DNA from: Macrostomum hystrix
Lineage: Eukaryota > Animalia > Platyhelminthes
DNA: 64,000 nucleotides
Direction of reading: 5' to 3'
Assembly (NCBI GenBank): GCA_950097015.1
Contig: CATNEN010000014.1
Span: 2,108,001-2,172,000 of the forward strand
Positions 11,367-25,748 of the stretch are shown piece after piece. The number at the start of each line of letters is the position of its first letter. The first letter of the stretch is position 1. A program made the translations under genes and the position numbers. Below the pieces are notes generated by a model. That model did no database searches. It was not told where the DNA came from and worked only from the letters and a program-made list of their open reading frames with translations.

Positions 11367-14300
11367 TCACTGCGGCCTCACTTTGTTCGACTCGTCGCTG
11401 GCCCGGTGGATGATGATCGCCCCGGCGATCAGTAGCGCCTGTGAGGAATTGGGAGAATGGGATTAGGATAGAAGACTTGGGAGAATGGGATTAGGATAGA
11501 AGACTTGGGAGAATGGGATCAGGATAGAGGACTTGGGAGAATGGGATTAGGATAGAAGACTTGGGAGAATGGGATCAGGATAGAAGACTTGGGAGAATGG
11601 GATTAGGATAGAAGACTTGGGAGAATGGGATTAGGATAGAAGACTTGGGAGAATAGGATTAGGATAGAGGACTTGGGAGAATGGGATTCGGATAGAAGAC
11701 TTGGGAGAATGGGATTAGGATAGAAGACTTGGGAGAATGGGATTAGGATAGAGGACTTGGGAGAATGGGGTTAGGATAGAAGACTTGGGAGAATGGGATT
11801 AGGATAGAAGACTTGGGAGAATGGGATCAGGATAGAAGACTTAGGAGAATAGGATTAGGATAGAAGACTTGGGAGAATGGGATTAGGATAGAAGACTTGG
11901 GAGAATGGGATTCGGATAGAAGACTTAGGAGAATGGGATTAGGATAGAAGACTTGGGAGAATGGGATTAGGATAGAAGACTTGGGAGAATGGGATTCGGA
12001 TAGAAGACTTGGGAGAATGGGATTCGGATAGAAGACTTGGGAGAATGGGATTCGGATAGAAGACTTAGGAGAATGGGATTAGGATAGAGGACTTGGGAGA
12101 ATGGGGTTAGGATAGAAGACTTAGGAGAATGGGATTAGGATTGAGGATTTCAGGGCATGGGATTAGGATTTGGGATTTGGGATCTCAGATTTACAAAAAA
12201 CATTGTGCAATATTAGGATCAGCAGTTGCTGCACGATGGGTTATCTGCTTACCTCGAATCCCAGAATTCCTCCCAGCGCGTAGAACATTGTACTGAGCCG
12301 CATGTAGCTTTCTATGTAGCTGAACAGCTCCGCGTAGCAACCGCGCCTGTAGTTGCTGTTAGTGTTGTTGTAGGGGCAGTAGCTGTCCTCGGGCAGAAAG
12401 GAGGTCAGGTTGAACTTGCAGCATGTCACCGGGTAAGTCAGGTCTGTGGAAAATTGCGGGTTCGCGTAATGATAGACAGACACGTTAGACAGGATATTCC
12501 CCTGTTAGACAGGATATTCCCCAGTTAGACATGATATTCCCCAGTTAGACATGATATTCCCCTGTTAGACAGGATATTCCCCAGTGAGACAGGATATTCC
12601 CCAGTTAGACAGGATATTCCCCAGTTGGACAGGATATTCCCCCAGTTAGACAGGATATTCCCCAGTTAGACAGGATATTCCCCAGTTAGACAGGATATTC
12701 CCCAGTTAGACAGGATATTCCCCAGTTAGACAGGATATTCCCCAGTGAGACAGGATATTCCCCTGTTAGACATGATATTCCCCAGTTAGACAGGATATTC
12801 CCCAGTTAGACAGGATATTCCCCAGTGAGACAGGATATTCCCCTGTTAGACATGATATTCCCCAGTTAGACAGGATATTCCCCAGTTAGACAGGATATTC
12901 CCCAGTGAGACAGGATATTCCCCAGTTAGACAGGATATTCCCCAGTGAGACAGGATATTCCCCAGTTAGACAGGATATTCCCCTGTTAGACAGGATATTC
13001 CCCAGTTAGACAGGATATTCCCCAGTTAGACATGATATTCCCCAGTTAGACAGGATATTCCCCTGTTAGACAGGATATTCCCCAGTGAGACAGGATATTC
13101 CCCAGTTAGACATGATATTCCCCAGTTAGACATGATATTCCCCAGTTGGACAGGGTATTCCCCAGTTGGACAGGATATTCCCCAGTTAGACAGGATATTC
13201 CCCAGTTAGACAGGATATTCCCCAGTTAGACAGGGCATTCCCCAGTTAGACATCAGAATCATAAGATTCACCTGTTAGACGTCAGAGATTATTGTTAGTG
13301 GGGTATTTCAAATCTAATAATGCCCGATTTCCTAACTGCAGTTTGAGCAGTGAGCTTATGAAGCCGAGTGTGTGCTCACTGAAGGTGCTGTTGTAGCCAT
13401 CTGTGCTCATCGTGTAGACTTTGTTCCATCTGGGACTCATAATGGCAAAGTCCGTGCCATTGTTGACGCCGCAGCAGCCCACGAAGACCTGAAGCAGGTT
13501 CTGCAGCAGGCTCTGGATGTTGCTGCTGCCGATGCCAGTGAAGTCCTTCAGGCTGGCCTCCATGGAGCTCTTCACCGAGTTCTTGAACTGGAATGTCAGT
13601 CCGCTGTCGTGAGTCACTGAATCTGAATTCAAATCACTGACATTCGAGACTTACCACTGAAGAATCCGAGAACCACACGATGACGACAATCACCTGGGCC
13701 AGGAACACCACCGCCACGATGAAGCCGTACTGCGGGCGGGTGGGATAAACAGCATCAGCATCTGAGAGGTCTGCTCAAACTATGGTCTCGCTCACCCACC
13801 TGTGTAACTGACACCCACCTGTGTAACTGACACCCACCTGTGTAACTGACATCCACCTGTGTAACTGACACCTAACTGTCTCACTGACACCCACCTGTGC
13901 AACTGACATCCACCTGTGTAACTGACACCCACCTGTGTAACTGACACCCACCTGTGCAACTGACACCCAACTGTCTCACTGACACCCACCTGTGCAACTG
14001 ACACCCAACTGTCTCACTGACACCCACCTGTGCAACTGATACCTGACTGTCTCACTGACACCCACCTGTGCAACTGACACCTGACTGTCTCACTGACACC
14101 CTCGTGGCTGGGTCACTCACCAGAATCAGGCAGGACTGCGCCTTGCAGCTGGCACCACAGCAGCCAAAGCAGGCCAGCAGCAGCACGATGATGCCGATGA
14201 CCATGAGGGCGGCGCCCAGACCGCCGGTCACCGAGCTGATGTTCTTCAGCAGGGCGTACACGTCCATGTCGATGTTCATGCCGGTCTTCAGGGCCATTGT

Positions 14301-15195
14301 GATGCCACTGGTGGCTGTCTTAATGCTGGGCTCCAGCACGCTGCTCAGCATGCTGAACCCGAAGGTAAACATCACGCCCAGCAGGAGCAGCGCAATGCCT
14401 ATGATCTGCGGGTGGGAGCAGACAGAAGGAATTGACACTAACAAAAGCACCTGACACTAGCAACAGCACCTGACACTAGCAACAGCACCTGACACTAGCA
14501 ACAGCACCTGACACTAGCAACAGCACCTGACACTAGCAACAGCACCTGACACTAGCAACAGCACCTGACACTAGCAACAGCACCTGACACTAGCAACAGC
14601 ACCTGACACTAGCAACAGCACCTGACACTAGCAACAGCACCTGACACTAGCAACAGCACCTGACACTAGCAACAGCACCTGACACTAGCAACAGCACCTG
14701 ACACTAGCAACAGCACCTGACACTAGCAACAGCACCTGACACTAACAACAGCACCTGACACTAACAGCAGCACCTGACACTAACAGCAGCACCTGACACT
14801 AACAACAGCACCTGACACTAACAGCAGCACCTGACACTAGCAACAGCACCTGACACTAACAGCAGCACCTGACACTAACATCAGCACCTGACACTAACAA
14901 CAGCACCTGACACTAACAACAGCACCTGACACTAACAACAGCACCTGACACTAACAACAGCACCTGACACTAACAACAGCACCTGACACTGAAAACTGCA
15001 CCTGACACTGAAAACTGCACCTGACACTGAAAACTGCACCTGACACTATCTACAGCGCCTGACACTAACCACAGCACCTCTCGCTTAGCAAATTAATGAT
15101 TCGAAATCAAAAGCACTCACAATGGCCGCAACATTGGTCACAATAAGCAGGCACCGGCAGATGCAGCTGCAGCAGTTGATGAAAGCCTTTGACAT
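11367..15195 (-). CDS. Tetraspanin, 6 exons (~301 aa)
   Basis: Minus-strand exons 15195-15121, 14405-14121, 13729-13655, 13587-13380, 12443-12253 and 11438-11367; all GT-AG and phase-consistent. Four hydrophobic segments; large loop has CCG, PVTCC and GCY motifs. Confidence 0.88.
11445..12180. repeat. Minisatellite, 28 bp unit (GGGAGAATGGGATTAGGATAGAAGACTT), tetraspanin intron 5
   Basis: Tandem 28-bp period; pyrimidine-rich on the sense strand and runs up to the acceptor. Confidence 0.95.
12484..13255. repeat. Minisatellite, 20 bp unit (GTTAGACAGGATATTCCCCA), tetraspanin intron 4
   Basis: Tandem 20-bp period. Confidence 0.95.
13790..14100. repeat. Minisatellite, 19 bp unit (TGTGTAACTGACACCCACC), tetraspanin intron 2
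   Basis: Tandem 19-bp period with variants. Confidence 0.93.
14438..15080. repeat. Minisatellite, 19 bp unit (CAACAGCACCTGACACTAG), tetraspanin intron 1
   Basis: Tandem 19-bp period. Confidence 0.95.
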
Positions 15196-15281
15196 GATGG
15201 GTGGTCAAGTTTGACGGTCTGTTGTTATGGATGTGAATGAAGCCCTCTGCCACTGTTCCATAGGAAAAAGTCACGTCTGCC

Positions 15282-15289
15282 TTTTTATA
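15282..15289 (-). promoter_or_regulatory. Candidate TATA box of the tetraspanin gene
   Basis: TATAAAAA on the minus strand ~90 nt upstream of ATG 15195. Confidence 0.45.
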
Positions 15290-15949
15290 GGTCGCCTCGG
15301 AGCTGTGAAAATGAGCCTGTTATTTCCTACAAGCGTCTGCGATGAGCACAGCTGATAGTAAACAGCGGCAAGCTCACAACTGTTTACATGCGGACTCACA
15401 GAACTATGGCTTCACAGACTGAGCACTGCCCTATGTAAGAGACTGTGTGAAATTCACAGTAGAGCCAAGGAAAACAGTGAATAGGGTCATCAGATGTGTC
15501 TCTAAGCCACAGCCATAGGGAATGCCCACAAGCCATGCGCGCCTGATCTACGGCAGCTTGTTTAGTTCGCGATGGCGCAAACACCTGAGTCAGCTGTTTA
15601 TTTGGCTTTCGGCTACGCGGAAATCTGCCCCATAACTGGAGTCTGGAGTACGCCGGGGGGGGAGACAGGTTGAGAAGGCCGAGTGTTGAGGCATGGAACA
15701 ATGCCACTGGCCTCTGTGAGTCACGAAAATAATATAGCGAGTGTACTCACTCATGCACTGCTCAAACCTGCGGACTAGCACACTTTGCCAGGGTAACTGA
15801 GCAAGCAGCCTCACCTGTCAATCAGGAACTCTGTGCAGTCAGCCAGCACTGAATTTATGTACGCAATTTATGTATTTATGGATTTGTAAATAGTGAATGC
15901 CTGTACATCATTAATTATATTAGATTATTTTAGTAAGCATTACTTAGGC

Positions 15950-16557
15950 AAGCAACAGAATGTTAGACAGAGCACCAGAATGTTAGACAGAGCACCAGAA
16001 TGTTAGACAGAGCACCAGAATGTTAGACAGAGCATCAGAATGTTAGACAGAGCAACAGAATTTTAGACAGAGCATCAGAATGTTAGACAGAGCACCAGAA
16101 TGTTAGACAGAGCATCAGAATGTTAGACAGAGCATCAGAATGTTAGACAGAGCACCAGAATGTTAGACAGAGCACCAGAATGTTAGGCAGAGCACCAGAA
16201 TGTTAGACAGAACACCATAATGTTAGACAGCATCAGAATGTTAGACAGAGCATCAGAATGTTAGACAGAGCACCAGAATGTTAGACAGCATCAGAATGTT
16301 AGACAGAGCATCAGAATGTTAGACAGAGCACCAGAATGTTAGACAGAACACCAGAATGTTAGACAGAGCAACAGAATGTTAGACGGAGCAACAGAATGTT
16401 AGACAGAGCACCAGAATGTTAGACAGAGCAACAGAATGTTAGACAGAGCATCAGAATGTTAGACAGAGCATCAGAATGTTAGACAGAGCATCAGAATGTT
16501 AGACAGAGCACCAGAATGTTAGACAGAGCACCAGAATGTTAGACAGAGCACCAGAAT
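15950..16557. repeat. Minisatellite, 20 bp unit (TGTTAGACAGAGCACCAGAA), intergenic
   Basis: Tandem 20-bp period. Confidence 0.95.
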
Positions 16558-17037
16558 GATATACATTAAAGAATTTTGTAATTTTAATTAACTGCAATGT
16601 ATATTTTGATAGTTTTAGCATATGGTCTCGTACGAGCGCATGACGCGGGTAAGTTGAGATAAAGTTGCAATTAGAGGAATTTTCATATCTACACAGATAT
16701 CAAGCATGTTTGTCTTCGAGACAATTTTAATTAAACAATTTAAGTGTGTGGGACCCTTCATGCGGCACGTTGAGTGATTGCGCAACTTGCGATCGCATCT
16801 GATCCACCTGGTTGTTTAGCACAACGCACTGGCAGCTTTTGTTATCGAGTCTCAAACTGCACGCAGCGCGCTATCGCCTCGGGGGCCTTTATCGACCGGT
16901 TGCGCAATCAACTAAACCCCCCGCAGCGCCCCACCACCCCAATTCCAGAACACCAACCAGTTCTAGCCCTCCCCACTGCTGTGAATTCTATGATTGACGT
17001 GCAGCGAAAGGTGACAAAGGAGCTTTTAGCTGGACTG

Positions 17038-17045
17038 TATATAAA
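17038..17045 (+). promoter_or_regulatory. Candidate TATA box of the sHSP gene
   Basis: TATATAAA ~90 nt upstream of ATG 17132; a partial heat-shock-element-like TTCCAGAA at 16943-16950. Confidence 0.4.
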
Positions 17046-17131
17046 TGAGCTTGTCACTGCTCACCTCTGATCAACTTAGCGGACTAACAAAGGGTTCATA
17101 GAGACACACAGCAAATCACACGTCTTCCGCC

Positions 17132-18277
17132 ATGACGCTCCGACCCACCAACCTGTACCGCCGCATTGGAGAGGAGTTTGCCTACTCCATGGACACGCAG
17201 CTGGACGCTGCCTGCTTGCGCAGAGCTTTGAGTCGGGTGGCTGCCGGACGGGGTCTTCGTAACAATGAGCCTGAGTCCGACGAATCAGCCGCTGGCGTAG
17301 AGTGTTCGGACTCGACTTCCATCACCTTCTGGACGCTGGCGCTGCCTCTCGGCTCAGAATATGGACCGGACGATGTAGCTGTGAAGCTGAGTGACAGCGG
17401 CGTCTTCTCGGTGCTCGCCGAAACCGCCTCGCACTGGCAGGCTGGCGATTTCGTTCGCATTGTCCGGAGCGCCCAGCTGCCAGTTGAGCAGCTGGACATG
17501 AGCACAGCTCGCTGCTGGATGGAGGAGACCTGCGTGGTGCTGCAGGCCGAGCGGCGTCCGGCGAAGGTTGTGGCCACCCCGCCAACGCCGAGCAAGAAGC
17601 ACCAGCAACCGGCGCAGCTGCCGCTGACTCTGCGAAACGCCTGGCCAAGAGGCAGCCTGTCCGACAACAAGCAGCGCCAGGGCTGCGTTGTCAAAGAGAA
17701 GATTCGCGGCGGCGGCAGCGGAGCCAGGTGGACGCTGGATCTGGCGCTGCCCGAGTTCCAGCCGGATGAAGTGTCGGTGACAACCTTCACGCCGGAACCC
17801 GCTGAAACTGGGACGGAGGAGGTGGAGAGCGCGCAGCCGCTTGTTCCAAGACTGTTAGTGACTGCTGAGTACTTCGCTGCCGACGGCTCGTCGTTAGACT
17901 CCACGATGCGCCATGTGTACCGCCGGGAGGTCACGCCACCAACTGGTGTACCGCTTGACCAGGTGGTAGCCAGCTTCTCTGACAGCGGCATCCTTCGGCT
18001 GGCTGCTCCGCTACCGGCGAGCGCCGTGAAGTCCCGTCGCACAATTGTCGGCTTGGTTGGCGGCAGCGCCGGTGGTGCCGGAGCGAAAATCGCTTCATTG
18101 ACGCGCGAGCTTCGCCACGTAGGCACTCAACGGCGTCAGCAGCAGCAGCAGCCGCAAGTCGGTGTCTCGAAGTCTGCTTCGCTGCCCCGACAGCCAAGTG
18201 AGGCCGCTGACGCTGCGGCGACCTCTGGGCATGGCAGAATGCGTTCCAGCGAGAGCCGCAACTGCTGTGTGCAGTAG
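17132..18277 (+). CDS. Small heat-shock protein with two alpha-crystallin-like domains and a C-terminal CCVQ
   Basis: Intronless 381-aa ORF. Two HSP20-like blocks: FWTLALPLGSEYGPDDVAVKL...FVRIVRSAQLP and WTLDLALPEFQPDEVSVT...YRREVTPPTGVPLDQVVASFSDSGILRLAAP. Confidence 0.75.
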   Translation: MTLRPTNLYRRIGEEFAYSMDTQLDAACLRRALSRVAAGRGLRNNEPESDESAAGVECSDSTSITFWTLALPLGSEYGPDDVAVKLSDSGVFSVLAETASHWQAGDFVRIVRSAQLPVEQLDMSTARCWMEETCVVLQAERRPAKVVATPPTPSKKHQQPAQLPLTLRNAWPRGSLSDNKQRQGCVVKEKIRGGGSGARWTLDLALPEFQPDEVSVTTFTPEPAETGTEEVESAQPLVPRLLVTAEYFAADGSSLDSTMRHVYRREVTPPTGVPLDQVVASFSDSGILRLAAPLPASAVKSRRTIVGLVGGSAGGAGAKIASLTRELRHVGTQRRQQQQQPQVGVSKSASLPRQPSEAADAAATSGHGRMRSSESRNCCVQ

Positions 18278-19915
18278 CAAATCAGCAGCAAATCAGCTTT
18301 GTAAAGTAAAAGGCGATCGATTTTAAACATACAAATCCCTTATACTGCATTCGTATTTCGAAAACTGACTTTTATTGAATAGCAGTGACCGCATTTCATC
18401 ACCACACTAAAAACTAATTTTAATGTGACGTTTTAATTTTAATTTCAATTACCATCTCTTCTTGCTTTTTAAGCTTGCTCGATTTGTTGTGGAAATAGTA
18501 TTTGTTGTAGCCATTTTCCATGTTAATAATGACACACTAAAGTTGCCAAAACTAAACATGTTTTAATTATTAATGCTGCACTTAAAACTCAAATTTAACA
18601 TTCTGTAATTATGATGTCGGTTTTATCTGTTCTTATGCAAAGAATCGCGACAAAAAATATAAAATGCACTCTAACACATTGTTAGCGCTTTATAAATCTT
18701 AAAAAAAATTTGGACAGTGCATGTGAATTCAGAATTAAAAAGCAGTAATGAAACAGGACTTGTACTTTGCGAAAATCCCTAGTTATTCTCTAGATCCCTA
18801 GTAGATCCCTAATTCTTTTAATGGGCTCCGTCTTGTAATCTGATTGAAACTTACGGCTTACTCAATAAAACTATTATTGTATTAATATAAAATTGACAAA
18901 GTATATTTTTCTCACACACTGACTACCTGGCGCGATAACACAAATTATTTATCCATATCAAGTCGCACAGTTCGTTCGTGTCTTCAGTTTTGTTTCTTAG
19001 AACAGTTTTTAAACGAATAAATGCGCCTGCTGAAAAATTGCGTGTCGTCGTGTCGATTGTTGACCACCACACATTTATTTGTAATAGAGCTTGTGATAAA
19101 ATATAAATCAAGTTATTAAATTGTATGTAACATGAGATTAAGTATTAAATGTTAAAATATCATTACAACGTTGATATATAAACAGGAGATTATGACTTTT
19201 TAAAACGTTCAAAGCTAAGCTCAATAAAAAGATTAGGCCTATAGCAAAACAGCTGAAAAATTATTGAGATTATAATTAAAAAATAAGAAGTAAGTTATGA
19301 GATTATAGCTCTAAAAACTTGCTAACTATGAGCTTACAGACAGTATAGCTAGCTAACTAGGCTGCTATGAGCTTACTTATATCATGTCTAAAGTAAACTA
19401 AGTAGTAATAAAGGTTCTTTCCTATGCTGTAAGATTTGGCAATCCTCTAGTTTGGCATATTTAACTCGAATTTATTTTGTCATGAAAGTTTTAATGACTT
19501 TTAAAATAAAAAATGACTTGCAACCAACAAACAATAACCAATATGCCACTTAGATGTCAGTAGGCCTAGTGCACTTCGATAGCATAGCACAGTATAGTGG
19601 TGGTGCAGCACCTTAGGCTCAGGTCGGGAGGGTGGTGAATGGTGGTCACCCCACTTCTCCAGGTGGTCACCTCCTTTCCCTAGATATTCACACCCTAACC
19701 ATTTAAACCCAAAATCATACCCTTTACTGACAATTGTGTTGACTATAGACTATGTGGTGGACTATGAGGTGGACTATGTGGAATTTACCACACTAATTAA
19801 AAACTCTCATTTTAGGCTTGGACTATGCTGTGGACTATGCAATGGACTATACAGAATTTATGGAACTGATTTAAGAACCTCATTTTAGGCTTAGACTATG
19901 CAGTATACTTTTTAT

Positions 19916-20677
19916 GGTCCTAGGTCATTTCGGTGACAAGACATTTCGGTGACAGTCATTTCGGTGACACAATTGGTCAGATTGGTGACAACTATTTTTG
20001 CACCTTAATATGCTAAAAAACTGCCTTCCATTTTAACTATGCACACATATAAAATATTAATTAAATAATGCTAAAAGTATTAATAAGAAGCTGCATCGCT
20101 ATGTTAAAGTCTGGGTTTTACTTTAAATGAGTTAAATTATTAAATTATTTAATGAGTAGGCCCTACATACATGCGCAACCTCCCAAATCTTAGCCGGCCA
20201 TGCGACTTAATTTGTTGCTCTCATTTGCGACTTAGTTCGTTTCATTGCTCTATTTACGACTTAGTTTGCTCTCATTTGCTCTCTTTTTCTATCCCCTTTT
20301 TCCTTTTCTTCACGCCTTCCTTTTTTGTCCCTTGGTCCCCCCTTTGATTTTTTTGCGCTTGGTCAATTGGTTTTTGCGACTTACCTTGCTTGGCCCTCGT
20401 TTCACCCGGCCGGTTCAGCCGGGTCGGCCGGGTGTTGCGCATGTATGAGGCCCTAGTCAATAGTTTCAATAGTTATTCGTTCCTAATTAAATGTGTATAA
20501 TAAACATTTTTCAAGTTTTGGATTGACAAGGCGAGTGCAGGCTTTAAGCAGCTGCTGGATCGTGGAAGGCTGTTTTCTTAGCATATTTAGGTGCAAAAAT
20601 AGTTGTCACCGAACTGACCAATTCTGTCACCGAAATGACTGTCACCGAAATGACTGTCACCGAAATGACCTGGGACC
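19916..20677. mobile_element. Non-autonomous TIR DNA transposon with ~85-bp TIRs containing GTCATTTCGGTGAC repeats
   Basis: Ends GGTCCTAGGTCATTTCGG / CCGAAATGACCTGGGACC; 8-bp TSD CTTTTTAT at 19908-19915 and 20678-20685. Confidence 0.85.
20166..20447 (+). mobile_element. 282-bp MITE nested inside the 19916-20677 element
   Basis: TIR CATACATGCGCAAC / GTTGCGCATGTATG; 8-bp TSD AGGCCCTA; second copy inverted at 23663-23944. Confidence 0.9.
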
Positions 20678-20987
20678 CTTTTTATTTAATTCTATGCAGA
20701 ATTTACCGCACTGTTTAAGAAACCTCATTTCAGGCTTGGACTATTTTTGGCTCTGGATTTTTTTTGTCATTAATGTAATTTCATAAAAAAAATTACACAA
20801 GCTACAAAACATGCAAAATGCAATAAGACTAATCACCCCGACTTTATATTCGAAGCTAAAATATAACTATCACTGTTCACCAGATAGTCCTCCGCATAGT
20901 CCAAGCCTGAAATGAGGTTCTTCAAACAGTGCAGTTTTTAACATATTATAAACAGTGCTGTAAAAGCTGCTTAACTTTACCATAGGG

Positions 20988-22125
<1,138 letters not shown>

Positions 22126-23399
22126 CCATAGGGTAATGCGTGTGACATTATGTGACATTACAATAAAGTAAAGTTAGCGGTTTTTACTGTACAGTAAAAT
22201 GTCAAACAAGCAAAAGAAAAGTGGGCGATGAATGTGTTCCGGACATGGAAGGAGAATCGTGTCCAACTGCAAATGCAAGGCAGTTGGCAAATGATACATC
22301 GTTCTATCTGCAAAGGTGGCTAGATTCGCTTCTAATGTTTTACAGGGTATGTCTCTTATAGCTGAGGCTAATCCAGCCAGGCTAATCCATCCACTTCAAC
22401 TAATCCAGGCATGCATGTAAGTGAGCCTATCACTACTGGAGATTCCAGAGCTTCTATTACTGACCACGGTGTCAAGTCTATCATCATTGATTGAGCTAAA
22501 ATCGAAATTCAGTTGAAGTGGGTTTGTGAAACATTTAATCCTCGGCTGCAATCAATGGTCCTCAGCTTGCTATGCTTGCTTCGAGACCATTAAACGCAGC
22601 CTCAGACATTCTAACCACAGAATATGAATTAAGCGGCATTTATCATTTACATAATACTTGTTATTATTGTTGTGCTTAAATACACTGATTAGTTCTGTTT
22701 AGTCTATGGTTCAAACTGATTTCATTTTGGGACCATCAAATCATTTAATGGTCTTCATTTTGGAGCCCATCAAATGATTTGATGGTCCTGGAATTATAGC
22801 ACTTTAAACCATAGACTAGGCATTCCTGGCTTAGAATGAGCCCAATAAATGTCAATAAAATAAGCAATTGGATTTTATATAGTCATATACAGCCAAATCA
22901 TAAAAACTTGCTTGTGTTTATGTATTTATTTGTAGCATGCTAGTAACTAAGAAAGTCATTATCTTTTGTGATTTAATTAAATGTGCAAAACTAGAGGATT
23001 TCTAATAGTACTAACAATAATATATTAATTGCAGGAGGGCCATAGTCTAGATCAAGTCAATTTTTGTGTCACCAGAAATTTTAAGCAGAAAAATTGGTTG
23101 CTTAATTATGTTGACATAGTTGACATAAATTGTCAAAGCAAAAAAACTGGCATACGAGTATATTATGGTGTAAATTTAATGTTGCAAAAGTTTGGATAGA
23201 ATATGAAACACACATAAATTTTCCCTTTTATTTATTAAATTCTTTTGATGCTTTTTGGACTTTTAGCAATGAATAATGATGAAAAACAGAAAATCAAAGA
23301 TGTAGTCTGCTGAAATGGATATTGCTTAACTATAGAGCATAAGAACTGCCCATCTGGTGCCATAGAAACTCAACAGGATAGCTTGGAAAAGTTCTGGTG

Positions 23400-24240
23400 A
23401 GGTCACAAACATTTGCAGTACTTGCACTTGGGGTGGGCCCAGGATCCCCCTATAAAGTTTGTATGTAAACTTGGATCTTGTTGGTTGACAAAGGCAAGCC
23501 TATGGTTAACAACTGTATGGTTTGGTAGGGCCTGGTAGGCTTGCCAGCCATTGGTGATGATACAAGCAGCAGGCAGCATGGCAGCAACAGGCAGCATGGC
23601 AGTTGTTGGCGCCATGTTCAATCATGCCTAGGAGCAATGTTCCATTGTGGTACACCCCCTGGCATACATGCGCAACACCCGGCCGACCCGGCCGAACCGG
23701 CTGGGTGAAACGAGGGCCAAGCAAGGTAAGTCGCAAAAACCAATTGACCAAGCGCAAAAAAATCAAAGGGGGGACCAAGGGACAAAAAAGGAAGGCGTGA
23801 AGAAAAGGAAAAAGGGGAGAGAAAAAGAGAGCAAATGAGAGCAAACTAAGTTGTAAATAGAGCAATGAAATGAACTAAGTCGCAAATGAGAGCAACAAAT
23901 TAAGTCGCACAGCCGGCTAAGATTTGGGAGGTTGCGCATGTATGTGCCATTTCCTCCTGACTTGATTCCATTGACCAAAGGAGAGTGAAGTGCACTAGTT
24001 GAGTGAGCCCAATGTGGCTGCACTCAAAGATAGACCCTTTCTAGATGGAGCTCTGGCCATGGCAGGCATTGCAACTCCAAGAATTTGCCATCAATAACCC
24101 TTGGTGCCACTGTACATAGCCTTATGACCTGGCCACAGCACACAAGAGAGCTGACCAGCAGGTGGTGCTTGGGCAGCCAATTAATAGTTGCCCTGGTGTC
24201 CACCGTGTTGGCATGGATTGTCTGCAGGTTGCTTTGCATA
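23400..24240 (-). pseudogene. Degenerate IS1595/ISXO2-like (Merlin-type) transposase remnant interrupted by a MITE
   Basis: IITNGWQAYQAL...HTVVNHRLAFV...HTNFIGGSWAHPK resembles the TDGWxAY...HxTVNHS...HTNxIEGxW motif of ISXO2-like transposases; fragmented. Confidence 0.6.
23663..23944 (-). mobile_element. Second copy (inverted) of the 282-bp MITE
   Basis: Near-identical reverse complement of 20166-20447; no TSD seen. Confidence 0.88.
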
Positions 24241-24459
24241 GTAAATAGTTAGTGAGTGGGTCAACTTCATTTGGTGGAATAATGTTTGTAGGTGCTGGGG
24301 CCTGCCAGTCATGGTTTAGAGTTTAGAGAGTGAAGAGGTATAAAGTGTAAAGAATTGAAACCCTGGACTTTTTACCATAGGCACCCTTTATAGTGCCATG
24401 TAAGGATGCATTTCATGACTCTTGCCACATCATGATAATCAGAAATTCAAATTCATATG

Positions 24460-25748
24460 CAGTGTTGGGCAAGTTACTTTAAAAAAGTAACTTCCGGTTA
24501 AGTAACTTCCGGTTCTAAAGAAAGTAACTTCCGGTAGTAGTTCCGGTACCGGCACTCGAAAAAAAAGTAACTTCCGGTTCTTCGGCACCGGTACTTTCTA
24601 CTTTTGAAAAATCGCGTGTTAAAGAAGGGCTTAATTATATTTTTATTATTAAAAAACTAATAATAACATGCCTTTGCAACTGCCAACTTGTCTAGAGTAA
24701 AACCAAGTGAAAATGATTAAATGAAATTATTGAAAACGAAAAATGAATTTCTGAAAACCTATATTTTTATAGTTTTTGCTTCTTTTTCCAGCACTAAGGT
24801 TCAATCCTTGCTGTGGCAGAACTTTACCAATTACCACTCAAAAGTTTGGCCTGCGCAACTAAAAAAGCTGAAAAAAAATTAGATTTGCATGTATTTTACA
24901 CCATAACATTACATTAAGTTTAAATTTGAATAAAGCGTGCGCAAATAGACTAAACGTGATCAGTAAAAAATGAAAATTCGAAAATTGAAAAATCGCGCCT
25001 CTGTTTGACGATAATTCGCGCCTGCCCTCAGAAATCGCATATTCGCGCCTCAATCACACCACTGAATAACTAACAACACAAGTCTTACAAACTAATGACA
25101 TAAAGTGACAACTCTAAAAAAGTGGAAAGAGTAGCTCTAGTGGCGCTGCTGCCCTGCTGATAATTAACTTTATTAATTCAATAACCTTTTAAGCCCTGAA
25201 AAAACTACTTTGACATTTAGACAATTTAGCCTAGGTTAACAGCTGAGAAAAAAAGTTTGCATGCTTCTTAAAAGGAACCCCCGTAATTTAAACTTGAAAG
25301 CTTTAGCACTAGTGTAAAAGCTAGATATAGACAGTCATGTTGTCACAATTCACATCAAATGCCTGTTGCCGCGAAGTAGTACAAGGCGGTTTAGTGTCGC
25401 GTCGGCAAGAGGTGCTCGCTTTGCTCGAATTAAAAATTTAATTTTTTAAAGAACCAAAAAGTTGTTAAAATTCACCAACTAAATAAAATTCAAAATTTCT
25501 CGGCATTTCTTACGACATTATGAACTGATGATATGAAAATTCTTTCAATTTGTATGTTTTCTTTACTTTCTTTCTCTTTTTTCTCTGCATTTAAAAAAGT
25601 GCCGGAAGTACCGGACTTAACAAAAAGTAACTTCCGATACCCTAGTCCGGCACTACAAAAAAAAAGAACCGGAAAAAAGTGCCGCTTTAAAAAACAGTAA
25701 CTTCCGGCACAAAAAGTGCCGGAAGTGCCGGAAGGTTGCCCAACACTG
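24460..25748. mobile_element. Non-autonomous hAT-like element with AAAGTAACTTCCGG subterminal repeats
   Basis: TIR CAGTGTTGGGCAA / TTGCCCAACACTG; 8-bp TSD TTCATATG. Confidence 0.9.

Noticed and set aside
17182-18126. Antisense 314-aa ORF over the sHSP (and similar shadow ORFs over the CCCH gene and other exons)
   Set aside because: Expected shadow ORFs of GC-rich coding sequence; no recognisable motifs.
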